A stretch of DNA of 64,000 nucleotides from Bacteroidia bacterium (GCA_034676125.1 JAUCCO010000001.1:9788-73787), one strand, 5' to 3'; counted from the first letter of the stretch, positions 50,027 through 60,119 are shown. Notes: generated from the sequence alone by a model not told the origin. Numbers and translations: made by a program.

Positions 50027-51748
50027 TTATTTTGTAGTTGATAAAACGAAGTAATTGATTTTGTCGTAGTTATTATCAAGTAAAAAAACAATACAATCTT
50101 CTTTAGGAATTTCTAGCAAATTATCTTGTTCATTAAATTTCCTTTTACTGCAATTGATTAAAGGAATTGCATCATCTCCTAGACTTTTAAATTCGCTGTA
50201 ATTAAATACCAAAATGTAATGGTAGTTTATGTTTTCAAGGTTGCTTGTAATATTTATAGCTGTAACAGGGTTTAATATTTTTGCTGAAGTATTAGGTATC
50301 ACAATGTCAAAATCATATTTGTTGTTGCTGATTTTAGGCTCTACCACATACGGAAACCCTTCTTTGTAATATGATTGCAGGCTGATATATTCTGGGCTAT
50401 TCATCCAATTAAAAAAATGATTGTAATACAGCGATTGCCTTATACTAATTGCATTTTTCCCAGACAATTTTTGCAAGTGATGGGCAAGATATTTGTTAAT
50501 AGTTGTATCTTTTCTTGCATGATCATAACCGCAGTAAACAAAAACCTTTGCATTACTATCAATATTAAATGTTTGGTTATAGATGTTTTTAGCTTGGTTA
50601 AACTCTCGTAATTTCCATCCAGTATTTGATGTATCATCATAAGAAATTATTTTAAAACCAAGTTTTATTGCATCAACAACAAGGTTGGTATAATTGCGAG
50701 ACTGCATGTAATAACCCGAATGGTAACTTGGTTTTTTCATCTCATCAATTGTTTGTTGATTTATTATACCCTCAACGGCAAAATAATTGTACCCCTTGTT
50801 TTTAAGTAATGGCAAAAGCAACCTTGCAATGTCACGATTAATATTGAGGTGATGCGCTTCATTCAGAATCAAAATTTTTGAGTCGGATATTCGCTTGTCG
50901 TCTACAAAAGCAGTTAAACTATATTTTTTAAAATTTAAATAAAGGCTATCTGTTTGCGTACTTAATTCGATTGGTTTTCGGTATTTATCATAACGTATTT
51001 CGTTGTAATATTTTGCACTGTCATTTTCACCAATAAAGCTGAAGTAATATGACATAAGGGTATTGTTAATGTCCTCATTATATTGGTTGTTTTGATGTTT
51101 TAAAGCATCAATTTTTGAGTAATAATTATACCGATGAAACAAGCCAGTATCAATGGTTTTATTATTACTGTTTTCAATACTACTTTTACTCGTGTTAAAA
51201 GTTACAACTTGTGATACCGCTTCGTTATACAATTCAGATGTGCTATTCAATCCTTTTTTACAAAAAAATGTAAAGCGATGTAATCTTTGATCTGCTATCA
51301 AGCTAATGGTAATATACTCGTATGCCAAATCATTAAAATAGAAATTACCAGACGTGGTGCTGATTTTTTTATGATCAATCTCTTTATAAGTTTTAAATAG
51401 GTATGAAATGGAATTGTAGCTTAATTCAATATCCTTATTTATTACAAACGATTCTGCAATTATTTGGTAGGCGTCAACTGTTTTTTGTGCGTAATAAAAA
51501 TCAAAATACCTGTGTTTGTATTCTGGTGTGATAGGAATAAGTTCGTCTGTTAATGATTTATATAAACCTTTTGATGGACTACTTTTACAATTGATTAAAT
51601 AATAGTTGCCATTAAGTGCAATGTTATAGCCTTGGGTTGTGTTTTTAACAGTACAAATATAATTACAGTTAAGCGCTACATCAGAGTGCCTGAGGGAGCT
51701 ACAAGAAACACTAATTGTTAAAAGAAAAATTGCTATTAGCCGACCCAT
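50027..51748 (-). CDS. N/Y/K-rich lipoprotein, central region ChaN/Tiki-like (possible heme-binding/uptake-associated)
   Basis: Lipobox MGRLIAIFLLTISVSCSS. ILILNEAHHLNINRDIARLLLPLL...YNYFAVEGI resembles the GExH...E motif of ChaN-family proteins. Otherwise low complexity. Confidence 0.35.
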   Translation of the reverse strand: MGRLIAIFLLTISVSCSSLRHSDVALNCNYICTVKNTTQGYNIALNGNYYLINCKSSPSKGLYKSLTDELIPITPEYKHRYFDFYYAQKTVDAYQIIAESFVINKDIELSYNSISYLFKTYKEIDHKKISTTSGNFYFNDLAYEYITISLIADQRLHRFTFFCKKGLNSTSELYNEAVSQVVTFNTSKSSIENSNNKTIDTGLFHRYNYYSKIDALKHQNNQYNEDINNTLMSYYFSFIGENDSAKYYNEIRYDKYRKPIELSTQTDSLYLNFKKYSLTAFVDDKRISDSKILILNEAHHLNINRDIARLLLPLLKNKGYNYFAVEGIINQQTIDEMKKPSYHSGYYMQSRNYTNLVVDAIKLGFKIISYDDTSNTGWKLREFNQAKNIYNQTFNIDSNAKVFVYCGYDHARKDTTINKYLAHHLQKLSGKNAISIRQSLYYNHFFNWMNSPEYISLQSYYKEGFPYVVEPKISNNKYDFDIVIPNTSAKILNPVTAINITSNLENINYHYILVFNYSEFKSLGDDAIPLINCSKRKFNEQDNLLEIPKEDCIVFLLDNNYDKINYFVLSTTK

Positions 51749-51963
51749 GCTGTACTTTAAGAATTATAAATATACTTACTAGTTTAACAAACAATTCGCA
51801 ATTGAATTAAATTATTTTAGTTGATGTTTTCTGTGTTCCATTTTTTTTAATTGCTTAAACAAAAATATACTTATAACACATTCAACGTAACTTTCACTTT
51901 ACTAATTTTTCTTCTTTAGTTATGTTTTTTCGCCCAAAAGTTAATACCTAAAAACAGGAAAAA

Positions 51964-53127
51964 TTAATGTGCATGTGCTCCTTCTTCTTCTGTGGCATTA
52001 ATCATTGCCGAAAGCAATTTATAAGCACCTTTTGTTACTACCTGTTTGGTTAAAATAGGCTGGGTTGATGTAAACGCGGTCATGCCTCCGTCTTCGCCAG
52101 TTTTTGTTACCACTACCCGCTTAAAAGTATAGTTGTTGTCGGTTTTGTTTTCAAGCACAAATACCGAAATTGTACCATCATTGTCTACAAATGCATCATT
52201 AGGAAGCACATTGGCCATGCTGTTTTTTATCTCAATAAAAGCGGTTAAAAACATGCCCGGTAAAAGGTTTTTATCTTCTTCGTTTAAATGGCAATGTACG
52301 CGCACTGTTCTATCAGCATTAATTTCGCGGCCAATTAAATGCACTTTTGCATGTCGCTCTTTAGTTTCGTTGGCAAGCATAAAGGTAATGTTTTGGTTAA
52401 CTGCAATCTTGTTAATGTCTTTTTCAAACACACTTATTTCGGCATGTAAATGTTCTGTATCTACAATCTCAAACAAAACCGTATTGGCGGTTACAAATGC
52501 ACCAATATTGGTGTTTACTTTTGTTACATAACCATTAATGGGAGAAGTAAGCGAAATTAACTTCTTAATCTCACCTTTTTCTAATATATTTATGTTTACA
52601 TGAATTAGCTCTAGCTTAGCCCTAATGCCGCTTACACGTGCTTTTATCACTTCATACTCCGACTTTGCTTTTTGATAAACTTGTTGGCTATTGATGGCTG
52701 TTTTTGCAAGGGTTTCTTGGCGTTCAAAATCGGCTTTTAAATATGCCAGCTGACTAATATTTTCTAAATAATCTTGTTGTAATTGAATGTAATCCGGGTG
52801 TTCCATTTGTGCAATTACTTCGCCTTTATTTACATGCATACCTTGCAATAATTTTGTGCTTTTTAAAAAGCCACCATAAGGAGCCGATATGCTTATTAAA
52901 TTTTGAGGCGGCACATCTAAAAGTCCGCTTGCTTTAATGGTTTGTTTAATATTTTGGGTTGATGGCATTGCTAAAACCAATTCCGAATTTTTAAATTGTG
53001 TATGTGTCAATACTATTTCATCATTGTGGTGAACAGTGGCCTCAGTTGTGCTAGTTGTGTTACTATTGCTGCATGATGTGCTTAACAATAATGCACTAAC
53101 AAGTATTATTATAAAATTATTTCTCAT
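51964..53127 (-). CDS. czcB: RND efflux periplasmic adaptor subunit (CzcB/CusB-type, HlyD family), lipoprotein
   Basis: Lipobox MRNNFIIILVSALLLSTSC (the ORF track starts upstream at 53199 and would overlap czcA by 68 nt). Coiled-coil and beta-barrel HlyD_D23 pattern. His-rich C-terminus EEGAHAH. Confidence 0.8.
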   Translation of the reverse strand: MRNNFIIILVSALLLSTSCSNSNTTSTTEATVHHNDEIVLTHTQFKNSELVLAMPSTQNIKQTIKASGLLDVPPQNLISISAPYGGFLKSTKLLQGMHVNKGEVIAQMEHPDYIQLQQDYLENISQLAYLKADFERQETLAKTAINSQQVYQKAKSEYEVIKARVSGIRAKLELIHVNINILEKGEIKKLISLTSPINGYVTKVNTNIGAFVTANTVLFEIVDTEHLHAEISVFEKDINKIAVNQNITFMLANETKERHAKVHLIGREINADRTVRVHCHLNEEDKNLLPGMFLTAFIEIKNSMANVLPNDAFVDNDGTISVFVLENKTDNNYTFKRVVVTKTGEDGGMTAFTSTQPILTKQVVTKGAYKLLSAMINATEEEGAHAH

Positions 53128-53131
53128 GATA

Positions 53132-56100
53132 TTATTTGTTGTGGTTGATGGTAAATTGTTGTTGGGTTTTATTAATTTTTTGTGCTGATGTTTTTGCACC
53201 TACATTATTTCCAAAAACAAAAAACAAGGTAATTATTGCCAAAGATTTTCTCCAATTTTTGAAGGCTCTTTTTTCAAACAACAGGTATAAAACTGGTAAT
53301 ACAAATAAGGTTAAAAATGTTGCCGAAATTAATCCACCAATAACTACAGTAGCTAAAGGTTTTTGTACTTCGGCACCACTACCATTTGATAAAGCCATTG
53401 GTAAAAAGCCCAACGAAGCAACCAAAGCAGTAATTAATACAGGTCTTAGTCTATTGGGTGCACCTCGCAAAATTACACTTAATGGGTTTTTTGTGGTGGC
53501 TAATTTTATGCTATTAAACTCGCTAATTAGTACAATGCCGTTTAATACTGCCACACCAAATAAAGCAATAAAACCAATGCCTGCCGAAATGCTAAAAGGC
53601 ATATCGCGCAACCATAAAGCCATTATACCTCCAATGGTACTTAATGGTATGGTTACAAAAATAAGTAAGGCTTGTTTTATGGAGTGAAAAGCAAAAAACA
53701 ACAACATAAAAATAAGCAATAAAGCAATAGGTACAGCCACAGCCAATCTGTTTCGGGCATCTTCTAAGTTTTTAAATGCACCGCCATAAGTAGGATAGTA
53801 GCCTGGTTCAAATTTTACTTCATTGGCAATGCTTTCTTCAATACTTTTAACAACGGTTTGTATATCACTATTGCGCACATTAAAGCCTACTACAATTCTG
53901 CGTTTTGCATCATCGCGTTGTATTTGGTTTGGTCCAGTTTTTAATTGTATATCGGCCACTTGGCTAATAGGAATTTGGTGTCCATCGGGTGCCATAACAA
54001 ATAAATTTCTCACATCTTCAATGTTTGTTCGGTTGCTTGCATCAAGCCTAACTACCAAATCAAAACGTTTTTCATTTTCAAATACCAGGCCTGCATGTTC
54101 GCCTGCAAAACCTGCCCTAATAGCAGTATTTACATCATTAATATTTAAACCAAATTGTGCTAATTTATCTCTATTATAATTTACTACCACTTGTTGCAAA
54201 CCGCCAACTTGTTCTACATACACATCAACCGCACCTGTTGTTTTTTGCGCAATTGCTCCTATTTGTTTTGCGTATTGTGCCAATTTGTTTAAGTCTTCGC
54301 CATACACTTTTACCACCACATCTTGCCTTGCACCAGTCATTAATTCGTTAAAACGCATTTGTATGGGCTGCTGAAAACCGTAACTTACACCAACAATATT
54401 TTCTTCTAACTTTTGTTGCATTTTTTCAGCAAGTTGTTCACGCGTTTTAGCAGAGGTCCATTCTTTTTTATCCTTTAAAATAATCATTAAATCACAAGCT
54501 TCAACAGGCATTGGGTCGGTTGGTATTTCTGAGGAACCAATTTTACCGACCACCTCTTTTACTTCCGGAAAGTTATCCAATAAAACCTGGGCTGATTTTG
54601 ATGCAGCATCAATGGTTTCGGTTAAACTATTGCCAGTCATAATACGAGTTTCTACTGCAAAATCACCTTCATCTAACTGCGGAATAAACTCACCACCTAA
54701 GCTTAACAATACTAATGTTGAGGCTACTAATATTACCACTACACTGCTTAAAACTATGGCTTGTTTTTTTATCACCCATACAAAAGATTTGTGGTAAACA
54801 ACTTGAATTTTCGCAATTAACTTATCAGAAAAAGTAGGTTGATGATTTGTTTTTTTGCTTAAGAATATAGCACTCATCATTGGCACATAAGTAAGTGATA
54901 AAATAGAAGCACCAATAATGGCAAAACTTACTGTTTGAGCCATGGGTCTAAACATTTTTCCTTCAATACCTACAAGCGCTAAAATGGGTATGTAAACTAT
55001 TAATATAATTACCTGTCCAAATACGGCACTTTTCATAATTTTTGATGCAGAAAACACCACATCATTATCCATATTAAGTTGGCTAAGTTTATTGTTGTTG
55101 TTGCGTTTGCCTAAATGGTGTAAAGTAGATTCAACAATAATTACTGCTCCATCTACAATCAAACCAAAATCTATTGCACCCAAGCTCATTAAATTACCCG
55201 ATACGCCAAATAAATTCATCATGGATACGGCAAATAACATGGCTAAGGGAATTACAGAAGCAACCACTAATCCAGCCCGTAAATTTCCCAACATCAATAC
55301 CAAAACAAATATTACTATTAGTGCCCCTTCAATAAGGTTTTTGCTAACTGTTCCAATTGCATTATTTACCAGTTTTGTTCTGTCTAAAAATGGTTCAATA
55401 ACTACTCCCTCGGGTAACGTTTTTTGAATTTGATCAATACGTTCTTTTACATTTTTAATTACCTGCGAGGAGTTTTCTCCCTTCAACATCATTACAACCG
55501 CGCCCACCACTTCGCCATCATTATTTCGGGTCATTGCGCCATACCTAATAGCAGCACCAACTTGCACTTGGCCAACGTTTTTAATAAGTATAGGAATTCC
55601 ATTTGCAGCAGTTTTAACCACAATGTTTTCAATATCTTCTTTACAGGTTATTAATCCTTCGGTGCGTATAAAATAGGTATAAGGTTTTTTATCAATATAA
55701 GCGCCACCTGTGTTTGCATTGTTTGCATTTAGTGCATCAAAAACCTCGTTAATGCTAATGTTTAAACTGCGCAGTTTATCGGTTTTTAGTGCTACCTCAT
55801 ATTGTTTAAGCTTACCACCAAAACTACTTACATCGGCCACACCTTTTGTGCCTAATAATTGCCTACGTACAATCCAATCTTGTAGGGTACGCAACTCGGT
55901 GGCATCATATTGTTTTTCGTAACCTGGTTTGGTATGAATTACATATTGGAATATTTCACCCAATCCACTAGTAAGTGGTGCCAACTCAGGATTACCCATG
56001 CCTGGTGGAATTTGCTCTTTGGCTTTACCCAAACGCTCATTTACTTGTTGGCGCGCCCAATAAACATCCACATCATCATCAAACACAATGGTAACAACTG

Positions 56101-56371
56101 ATAAACCAAATCGAGAAAACGAACGAATCTCAATAATATCTGGTATGGTAGCCATAATTTGCTCCACCGGAAATGTAACAAATCGCTCAATATCTTCGGC
56201 ACCGCTACTTGGTGAAACAGTTAAAACTTGAACCTGATTATTGGTAATATCAGGAACCGCATCTATGGGTAATTTGCTTAACGAATAACCACCCCAAATG
56301 ATTAATGCTAGCGTAAAAAAACTTACAACAAGTTTATTCCGAACACTAAATCGGATAATATTTTCTAACAT
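53132..56371 (-). CDS. czcA: Heavy-metal efflux RND transporter, CzcA/CusA family
   Basis: 1,079 aa with 12 TM and two large periplasmic loops. N-terminus MLENIIRFSVRNKLVVSFFTLALIIWGGYS is typical of the HME-RND family. Confidence 0.9.
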   Translation of the reverse strand: MLENIIRFSVRNKLVVSFFTLALIIWGGYSLSKLPIDAVPDITNNQVQVLTVSPSSGAEDIERFVTFPVEQIMATIPDIIEIRSFSRFGLSVVTIVFDDDVDVYWARQQVNERLGKAKEQIPPGMGNPELAPLTSGLGEIFQYVIHTKPGYEKQYDATELRTLQDWIVRRQLLGTKGVADVSSFGGKLKQYEVALKTDKLRSLNISINEVFDALNANNANTGGAYIDKKPYTYFIRTEGLITCKEDIENIVVKTAANGIPILIKNVGQVQVGAAIRYGAMTRNNDGEVVGAVVMMLKGENSSQVIKNVKERIDQIQKTLPEGVVIEPFLDRTKLVNNAIGTVSKNLIEGALIVIFVLVLMLGNLRAGLVVASVIPLAMLFAVSMMNLFGVSGNLMSLGAIDFGLIVDGAVIIVESTLHHLGKRNNNNKLSQLNMDNDVVFSASKIMKSAVFGQVIILIVYIPILALVGIEGKMFRPMAQTVSFAIIGASILSLTYVPMMSAIFLSKKTNHQPTFSDKLIAKIQVVYHKSFVWVIKKQAIVLSSVVVILVASTLVLLSLGGEFIPQLDEGDFAVETRIMTGNSLTETIDAASKSAQVLLDNFPEVKEVVGKIGSSEIPTDPMPVEACDLMIILKDKKEWTSAKTREQLAEKMQQKLEENIVGVSYGFQQPIQMRFNELMTGARQDVVVKVYGEDLNKLAQYAKQIGAIAQKTTGAVDVYVEQVGGLQQVVVNYNRDKLAQFGLNINDVNTAIRAGFAGEHAGLVFENEKRFDLVVRLDASNRTNIEDVRNLFVMAPDGHQIPISQVADIQLKTGPNQIQRDDAKRRIVVGFNVRNSDIQTVVKSIEESIANEVKFEPGYYPTYGGAFKNLEDARNRLAVAVPIALLLIFMLLFFAFHSIKQALLIFVTIPLSTIGGIMALWLRDMPFSISAGIGFIALFGVAVLNGIVLISEFNSIKLATTKNPLSVILRGAPNRLRPVLITALVASLGFLPMALSNGSGAEVQKPLATVVIGGLISATFLTLFVLPVLYLLFEKRAFKNWRKSLAIITLFFVFGNNVGAKTSAQKINKTQQQFTINHNK

Positions 56372-56440
56372 AGTTTAACTATGATTAAATTTAATAAATT
56401 GAAAATGCGCAAGCTATTGCGCTAAGAAAAGTATTTTTAA

Positions 56441-56839
56441 TTAAGCAAGCTTGGGCGGCTGCCAAATACTAACGGCACTATTGCTGAGTAAGTTTTGATG
56501 AGCACACACATTTAGCTCGGCTTTAATAAAAGGTGTTGGGTTTTGTAATGCTATAGTTGAATTTACCAATACAACCGGAATTACTTGTGCATGATTGCAA
56601 TGTTGGTTTTTTTGAGTGCCGGGAAGATTTTTATGTTCCTGTTCATCATTTTGCATGTGGTCGGTATCGCCATAATGCAACACCAAAAAATCTATAACGC
56701 CAATTGATTGATGCTCGGTAATGTGGTGGTAATAATGCGCAGCTAAAGCAGGTACTCGCAGGGCTTGATGCAACACTGCATCTGGCACTGTGATACCAAT
56801 GGTTAAAAAAATAATTAATAGGTGTTTTGCTGCTTTCAA
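56441..56839 (-). CDS. Small secreted histidine-rich protein (putative periplasmic metal-binding protein), first gene of the czc operon
   Basis: Signal peptide MKAAKHLLIIFLTIGITVP. Many His, in pairs or triplets (AHYYHH, HQ..H, HMQNDEQEH, NQHCNH). Located 70 nt upstream of czcA on the same strand. Confidence 0.5.
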   Translation of the reverse strand: MKAAKHLLIIFLTIGITVPDAVLHQALRVPALAAHYYHHITEHQSIGVIDFLVLHYGDTDHMQNDEQEHKNLPGTQKNQHCNHAQVIPVVLVNSTIALQNPTPFIKAELNVCAHQNLLSNSAVSIWQPPKLA

Positions 56840-56947
56840 TACTTAGCAAAGTAAGGTTTATATTTTAATATTTACAATGAGGTATGTTATAAGTTCGAGT
56901 TTATAATCGTTTGGGTTGATTTTTATATTAAAAACTCACCTATGTAG

Positions 56948-56987
56948 ATGTTTATCGATAAAAATATACGCAAGACAAGTGCGACCC
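56948..56987. repeat. 40-nt direct repeat, copy 1 (contains the 12-bp perfect palindrome TTTATCGATAAA), followed by GC hairpins
   Basis: atgtttatcgataaaaatatacgcaagacaagtgcgaccc, 38/40 identical to copy 2. Hairpins gacccggcttgggtc (56983-56997) and gaacccgctgggttc (57034-57048) follow it. Confidence 0.7.
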
Positions 56988-57101
56988 GGCTTGGGTCTAA
57001 TACATGTATAATTTGATTGTTTTATAGACATTTGAACCCGCTGGGTTCATGGAATAAATTCGTAAATGTATTAATCGAATGTGTAATCCAAGAGGGATTA
57101 A

Positions 57102-57141
57102 ATGTTTATTGATATAAATATACGCAAGACAAGTGCGACCC
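57102..57141. repeat. 40-nt direct repeat, copy 2, followed by a GC hairpin
   Basis: atgtttattgatataaatatacgcaagacaagtgcgaccc, then hairpin gcgacccc-agc-ggggtcgc (57135-57153) and a partial third copy atgtttgatgaa. Confidence 0.7.
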
Positions 57142-57240
57142 CAGCGGGGTCGCATGTTTGATGAACACCTTAAAGACCATGCTCATTTTTTACCTCTGCA
57201 ACAAGGTACATTGTTTTATATCACCTAAATTAAATAACAA

Positions 57241-57278
57241 CAAAAACGCCCTGCATGAAGTTTTCATGCAGGGCGTTT
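57241..57278 (-). terminator. Rho-independent terminator of carB (palindromic)
   Basis: Perfect 13-bp stem cgccctgcatgaa / ttcatgcagggcg with a 3-nt loop. On the minus strand it is followed by TTTTTG. Confidence 0.8.
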
Positions 57279-57299
57279 GGCAATTATATTTTACCTGTA

Positions 57300-60119
57300 T
57301 TACTTACTTAAATACATGCTTTTTGCTTTAACCCAATTTCTAAAAATAGGGTCTTGTAAGTCTTTTATAAATCTTATTGCTTCGCCAGTTGATTTCATTT
57401 CGGGGCCAAGTTCTTTGTTTACGCCTTCAAACTTGTTAAACGAAAACACAGGCTCTTTTATGGCATATCCAGTTAGTTTACGCTCAAAGGTAAAGTCCTT
57501 TAATTTATTTGCGCCCAACATTATTTTGGTGGCAATATTTACATACGGAATTTGATATGCTTTTGCAATAAACGGCACCGTGCGCGAGGCACGAGGATTA
57601 GCTTCTATCACATACACTTTTTCTTCTTTTATGGCAAATTGTATGTTTAACAAGCCTATAATTTTCATGCTTTTTGCTAACTGAATGGCATATGTTTCCA
57701 TTTGGTTTTTTACAGCTTCGCTCAAACTAAATGGTGGCAATACAGCATTCGAATCACCCGAGTGAATACCAGCAGGTTCAATATGTTCCATCATACCAAT
57801 AATATGTACATCATCTCCATCACAAATTACGTCCACTTCTGCTTCCTCTGCTCTATCTAAAAAGTGATCTATCAATACACGATTTCCGGGTAAATCACCC
57901 AATAAACCTATAACAGCACTCTCCAGGTCTTCATCATTAATTACAATCTTCATGCCTTGTCCGCCTAGCACATAACTTGGTCTAACCAATACTGGGTAAC
58001 CTACTTTATTTGCTACTGCAATGGCTTCGTCAGCATCTTCGGCCACACCATACATAGGATATGGAATGCCCAATTCTTTTAATAAATCAGAGAATGAACC
58101 ACGGTCTTCTGATAAGTCCATGCTTTCGTAATCTGTTCCTATAATTTTAATGCCATGTTCTTTAAGCTTTTTGGCAAGTTTTAAAGCTGTTTGTCCGCCA
58201 AGTTGCACAATCACACCTTCTGGTTTTTCGTGCTCAATAACATCTAACAAATGTTCCCAAAATACGGGTTCAAAATAAAGCTTATCGGCCATATCAAAAT
58301 CAGTAGAAACCGTTTCAGGATTACAGTTTAACATGATGGCTTCGTAACCACACTCTTTTGCAGCCAATAAACCATGCACACAACTGTAATCAAACTCAAT
58401 ACCTTGTCCAATGCGGTTTGGTCCCGAGCCTAATACAATTATTTTCTTTTTATCGCTTACCTTACTTTCATTTTCACCATCATAAGTTGAGTAAAAATAA
58501 TTGGTTGGCGAAGGAAATTCTGCTGCACAAGTATCAACTGTTTTGTAAGTACGTATTATGCCCATTTCTTTACGCAATTGGCGTACTTCATCTTCGGTTG
58601 TATCACCTCCAATTAACCAAGCAATTTGTACATCACTATAACCCTTTTGTTTTAACTCAAGCATTAAATCATGTGGCATATTTTTTAGGTTAAACCTACG
58701 CGTATCACTTTCGGTACGCACCATATCATTTATTTGGGTTAAAAACCAACGGTCAATTTTTGTAATCTTTTCTACCGATGAAATTGGCACACCTAAACTC
58801 AACGCATCTTTTACCGCAAATAACCTATCCCAACTTGGGTTTTTAAGTTTATCTACAATTTCTTCTAAGTTTCTGCTTTGGTATCCATCAGCACCTAGTC
58901 CATTACGTTTAATCTCTAAACTCTGACAAGCTTTTTGTAAGGCTTCAATAAACGTACGACCAATTCCCATAACCTCACCAACTGATTTCATTTGAAGGCC
59001 TAAAGTGGTATCAGCACCTTTAAATTTATCAAAATTAAAACGAGGTATTTTTACAATTACGTAATCTAAAGCGGGTTCAAAATAAGCCGAAGTAGTTTTA
59101 GTTACTGGATTTTTTAACTCATCTAAAGTATAACCAATGGCTAGTTTTGATGCAATTTTAGCAATAGGATAACCCGTTGCTTTTGATGCCAATGCTGATG
59201 AGCGGGAAACACGCGGGTTAATTTCAATTGCGATGATGTCTTCGTTTTCTGGATTAACCGAAAATTGCACATTACATCCACCATTAAAATTACCAATACT
59301 GCGCATCATTAAAATGGCCATATCGCGCATTTTTTGGTAGCAGCTATCACTTAGTGTCATTGCTGGTGCTACAGTAATAGAATCGCCCGTATGAATACCC
59401 ATTGGGTCAAAGTTTTCTATCACACATATTACAGCTACGTTATCATTTCTATCACGTAATAATTCTAACTCATATTCTTTCCAACCAAATACTGCTTTTT
59501 CAACCAAAACTTCGTGTGTTGGCGATGCAGATAAACCACGTTGTAAAGCAGCATCCAATTCTTCTTTTTTCCAAACAAAACCGCCACCTGTTCCACCTAA
59601 AGTGTATGATGGACGAATAACTAAAGGAAAACCAATTTCTTGGGCAATTTCTTTACCTTCTAAAAACGAGTTTGCCGTGCGACTTGGAGCTACACCTATG
59701 CCAATTTCAATCATTTTTTGACGAAATTTTTCTCTGTTTTCGGTTGTTTCAATTGCAGCGGTATCAACCCCAATAAGCCTTACACCATATTTTTCCCAAA
59801 TGCCTAATTCTTCGCACTCAATTGCTAAATTTAATGCTGTTTGTCCGCCCATGGTAGGCAAAACTGCATCAATTTGGCGCTCTTGTAAAATCTTCTCAAT
59901 ACTTTCAGCTTCAAGCGGCCACAAATAAACGTGATCTGCTGTAACTGGGTCGGTCATAATTGTAGCAGGATTTGAGTTTATTAACGAAACTTCAATACCT
60001 TCTTCTTTTAACGAACGAGCCGCTTGACTACCCGAGTAATCAAATTCACATGCTTGTCCAATAATAATTGGCCCACTTCCTATAATTAGTACCGATTTAA
60101 TGCTTTTATCTTTTGGCAT
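57300..60119 (-). CDS. carB: Carbamoyl-phosphate synthase large subunit (short, ~940-aa Bacteroidota form)
   Basis: MPKDKSIKSVLIIGSGPIIIGQACEFDYSGSQA and duplicated ATP-grasp halves (second half KKIIVLGSGPNRIGQGIEFDY). Confidence 0.92.
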   Translation of the reverse strand: MPKDKSIKSVLIIGSGPIIIGQACEFDYSGSQAARSLKEEGIEVSLINSNPATIMTDPVTADHVYLWPLEAESIEKILQERQIDAVLPTMGGQTALNLAIECEELGIWEKYGVRLIGVDTAAIETTENREKFRQKMIEIGIGVAPSRTANSFLEGKEIAQEIGFPLVIRPSYTLGGTGGGFVWKKEELDAALQRGLSASPTHEVLVEKAVFGWKEYELELLRDRNDNVAVICVIENFDPMGIHTGDSITVAPAMTLSDSCYQKMRDMAILMMRSIGNFNGGCNVQFSVNPENEDIIAIEINPRVSRSSALASKATGYPIAKIASKLAIGYTLDELKNPVTKTTSAYFEPALDYVIVKIPRFNFDKFKGADTTLGLQMKSVGEVMGIGRTFIEALQKACQSLEIKRNGLGADGYQSRNLEEIVDKLKNPSWDRLFAVKDALSLGVPISSVEKITKIDRWFLTQINDMVRTESDTRRFNLKNMPHDLMLELKQKGYSDVQIAWLIGGDTTEDEVRQLRKEMGIIRTYKTVDTCAAEFPSPTNYFYSTYDGENESKVSDKKKIIVLGSGPNRIGQGIEFDYSCVHGLLAAKECGYEAIMLNCNPETVSTDFDMADKLYFEPVFWEHLLDVIEHEKPEGVIVQLGGQTALKLAKKLKEHGIKIIGTDYESMDLSEDRGSFSDLLKELGIPYPMYGVAEDADEAIAVANKVGYPVLVRPSYVLGGQGMKIVINDEDLESAVIGLLGDLPGNRVLIDHFLDRAEEAEVDVICDGDDVHIIGMMEHIEPAGIHSGDSNAVLPPFSLSEAVKNQMETYAIQLAKSMKIIGLLNIQFAIKEEKVYVIEANPRASRTVPFIAKAYQIPYVNIATKIMLGANKLKDFTFERKLTGYAIKEPVFSFNKFEGVNKELGPEMKSTGEAIRFIKDLQDPIFRNWVKAKSMYLSK

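Noticed and set aside
51964-53199. Long N-terminal form of the CzcB-like ORF overlapping czcA by 68 nt
   Set aside because: An internal Met at 53127 gives a classical lipoprotein signal peptide and a 4-nt gap to czcA. The upstream extension (MQKHQHKKLIKPNNNLPSTTTNNI) is polar and unlikely to be translated.
53136-56101. Series of plus-strand ORFs (53136-53687, 53823-54179, 55092-55427, etc.) antisense to czcA
   Set aside because: czcA is a continuous 1,079-aa HME-RND protein with canonical topology. The antisense ORFs are compositional artefacts.
56840-57299. tRNA, tmRNA or other structured RNA gene in the 460-nt czc/carB intergenic region
   Set aside because: The hairpins are short (5-8 bp stems) and no cloverleaf arrangement or conserved tRNA boxes could be traced by eye. 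Reported only as repeats/hairpins of unknown function.
58358-59620. Plus-strand ORFs (58358-58693, 59402-59620) antisense to carB, and 44589-45092 antisense to the thioredoxin-like gene
   Set aside because: Nested in highly conserved housekeeping genes (carB) or supported genes. These are spurious.
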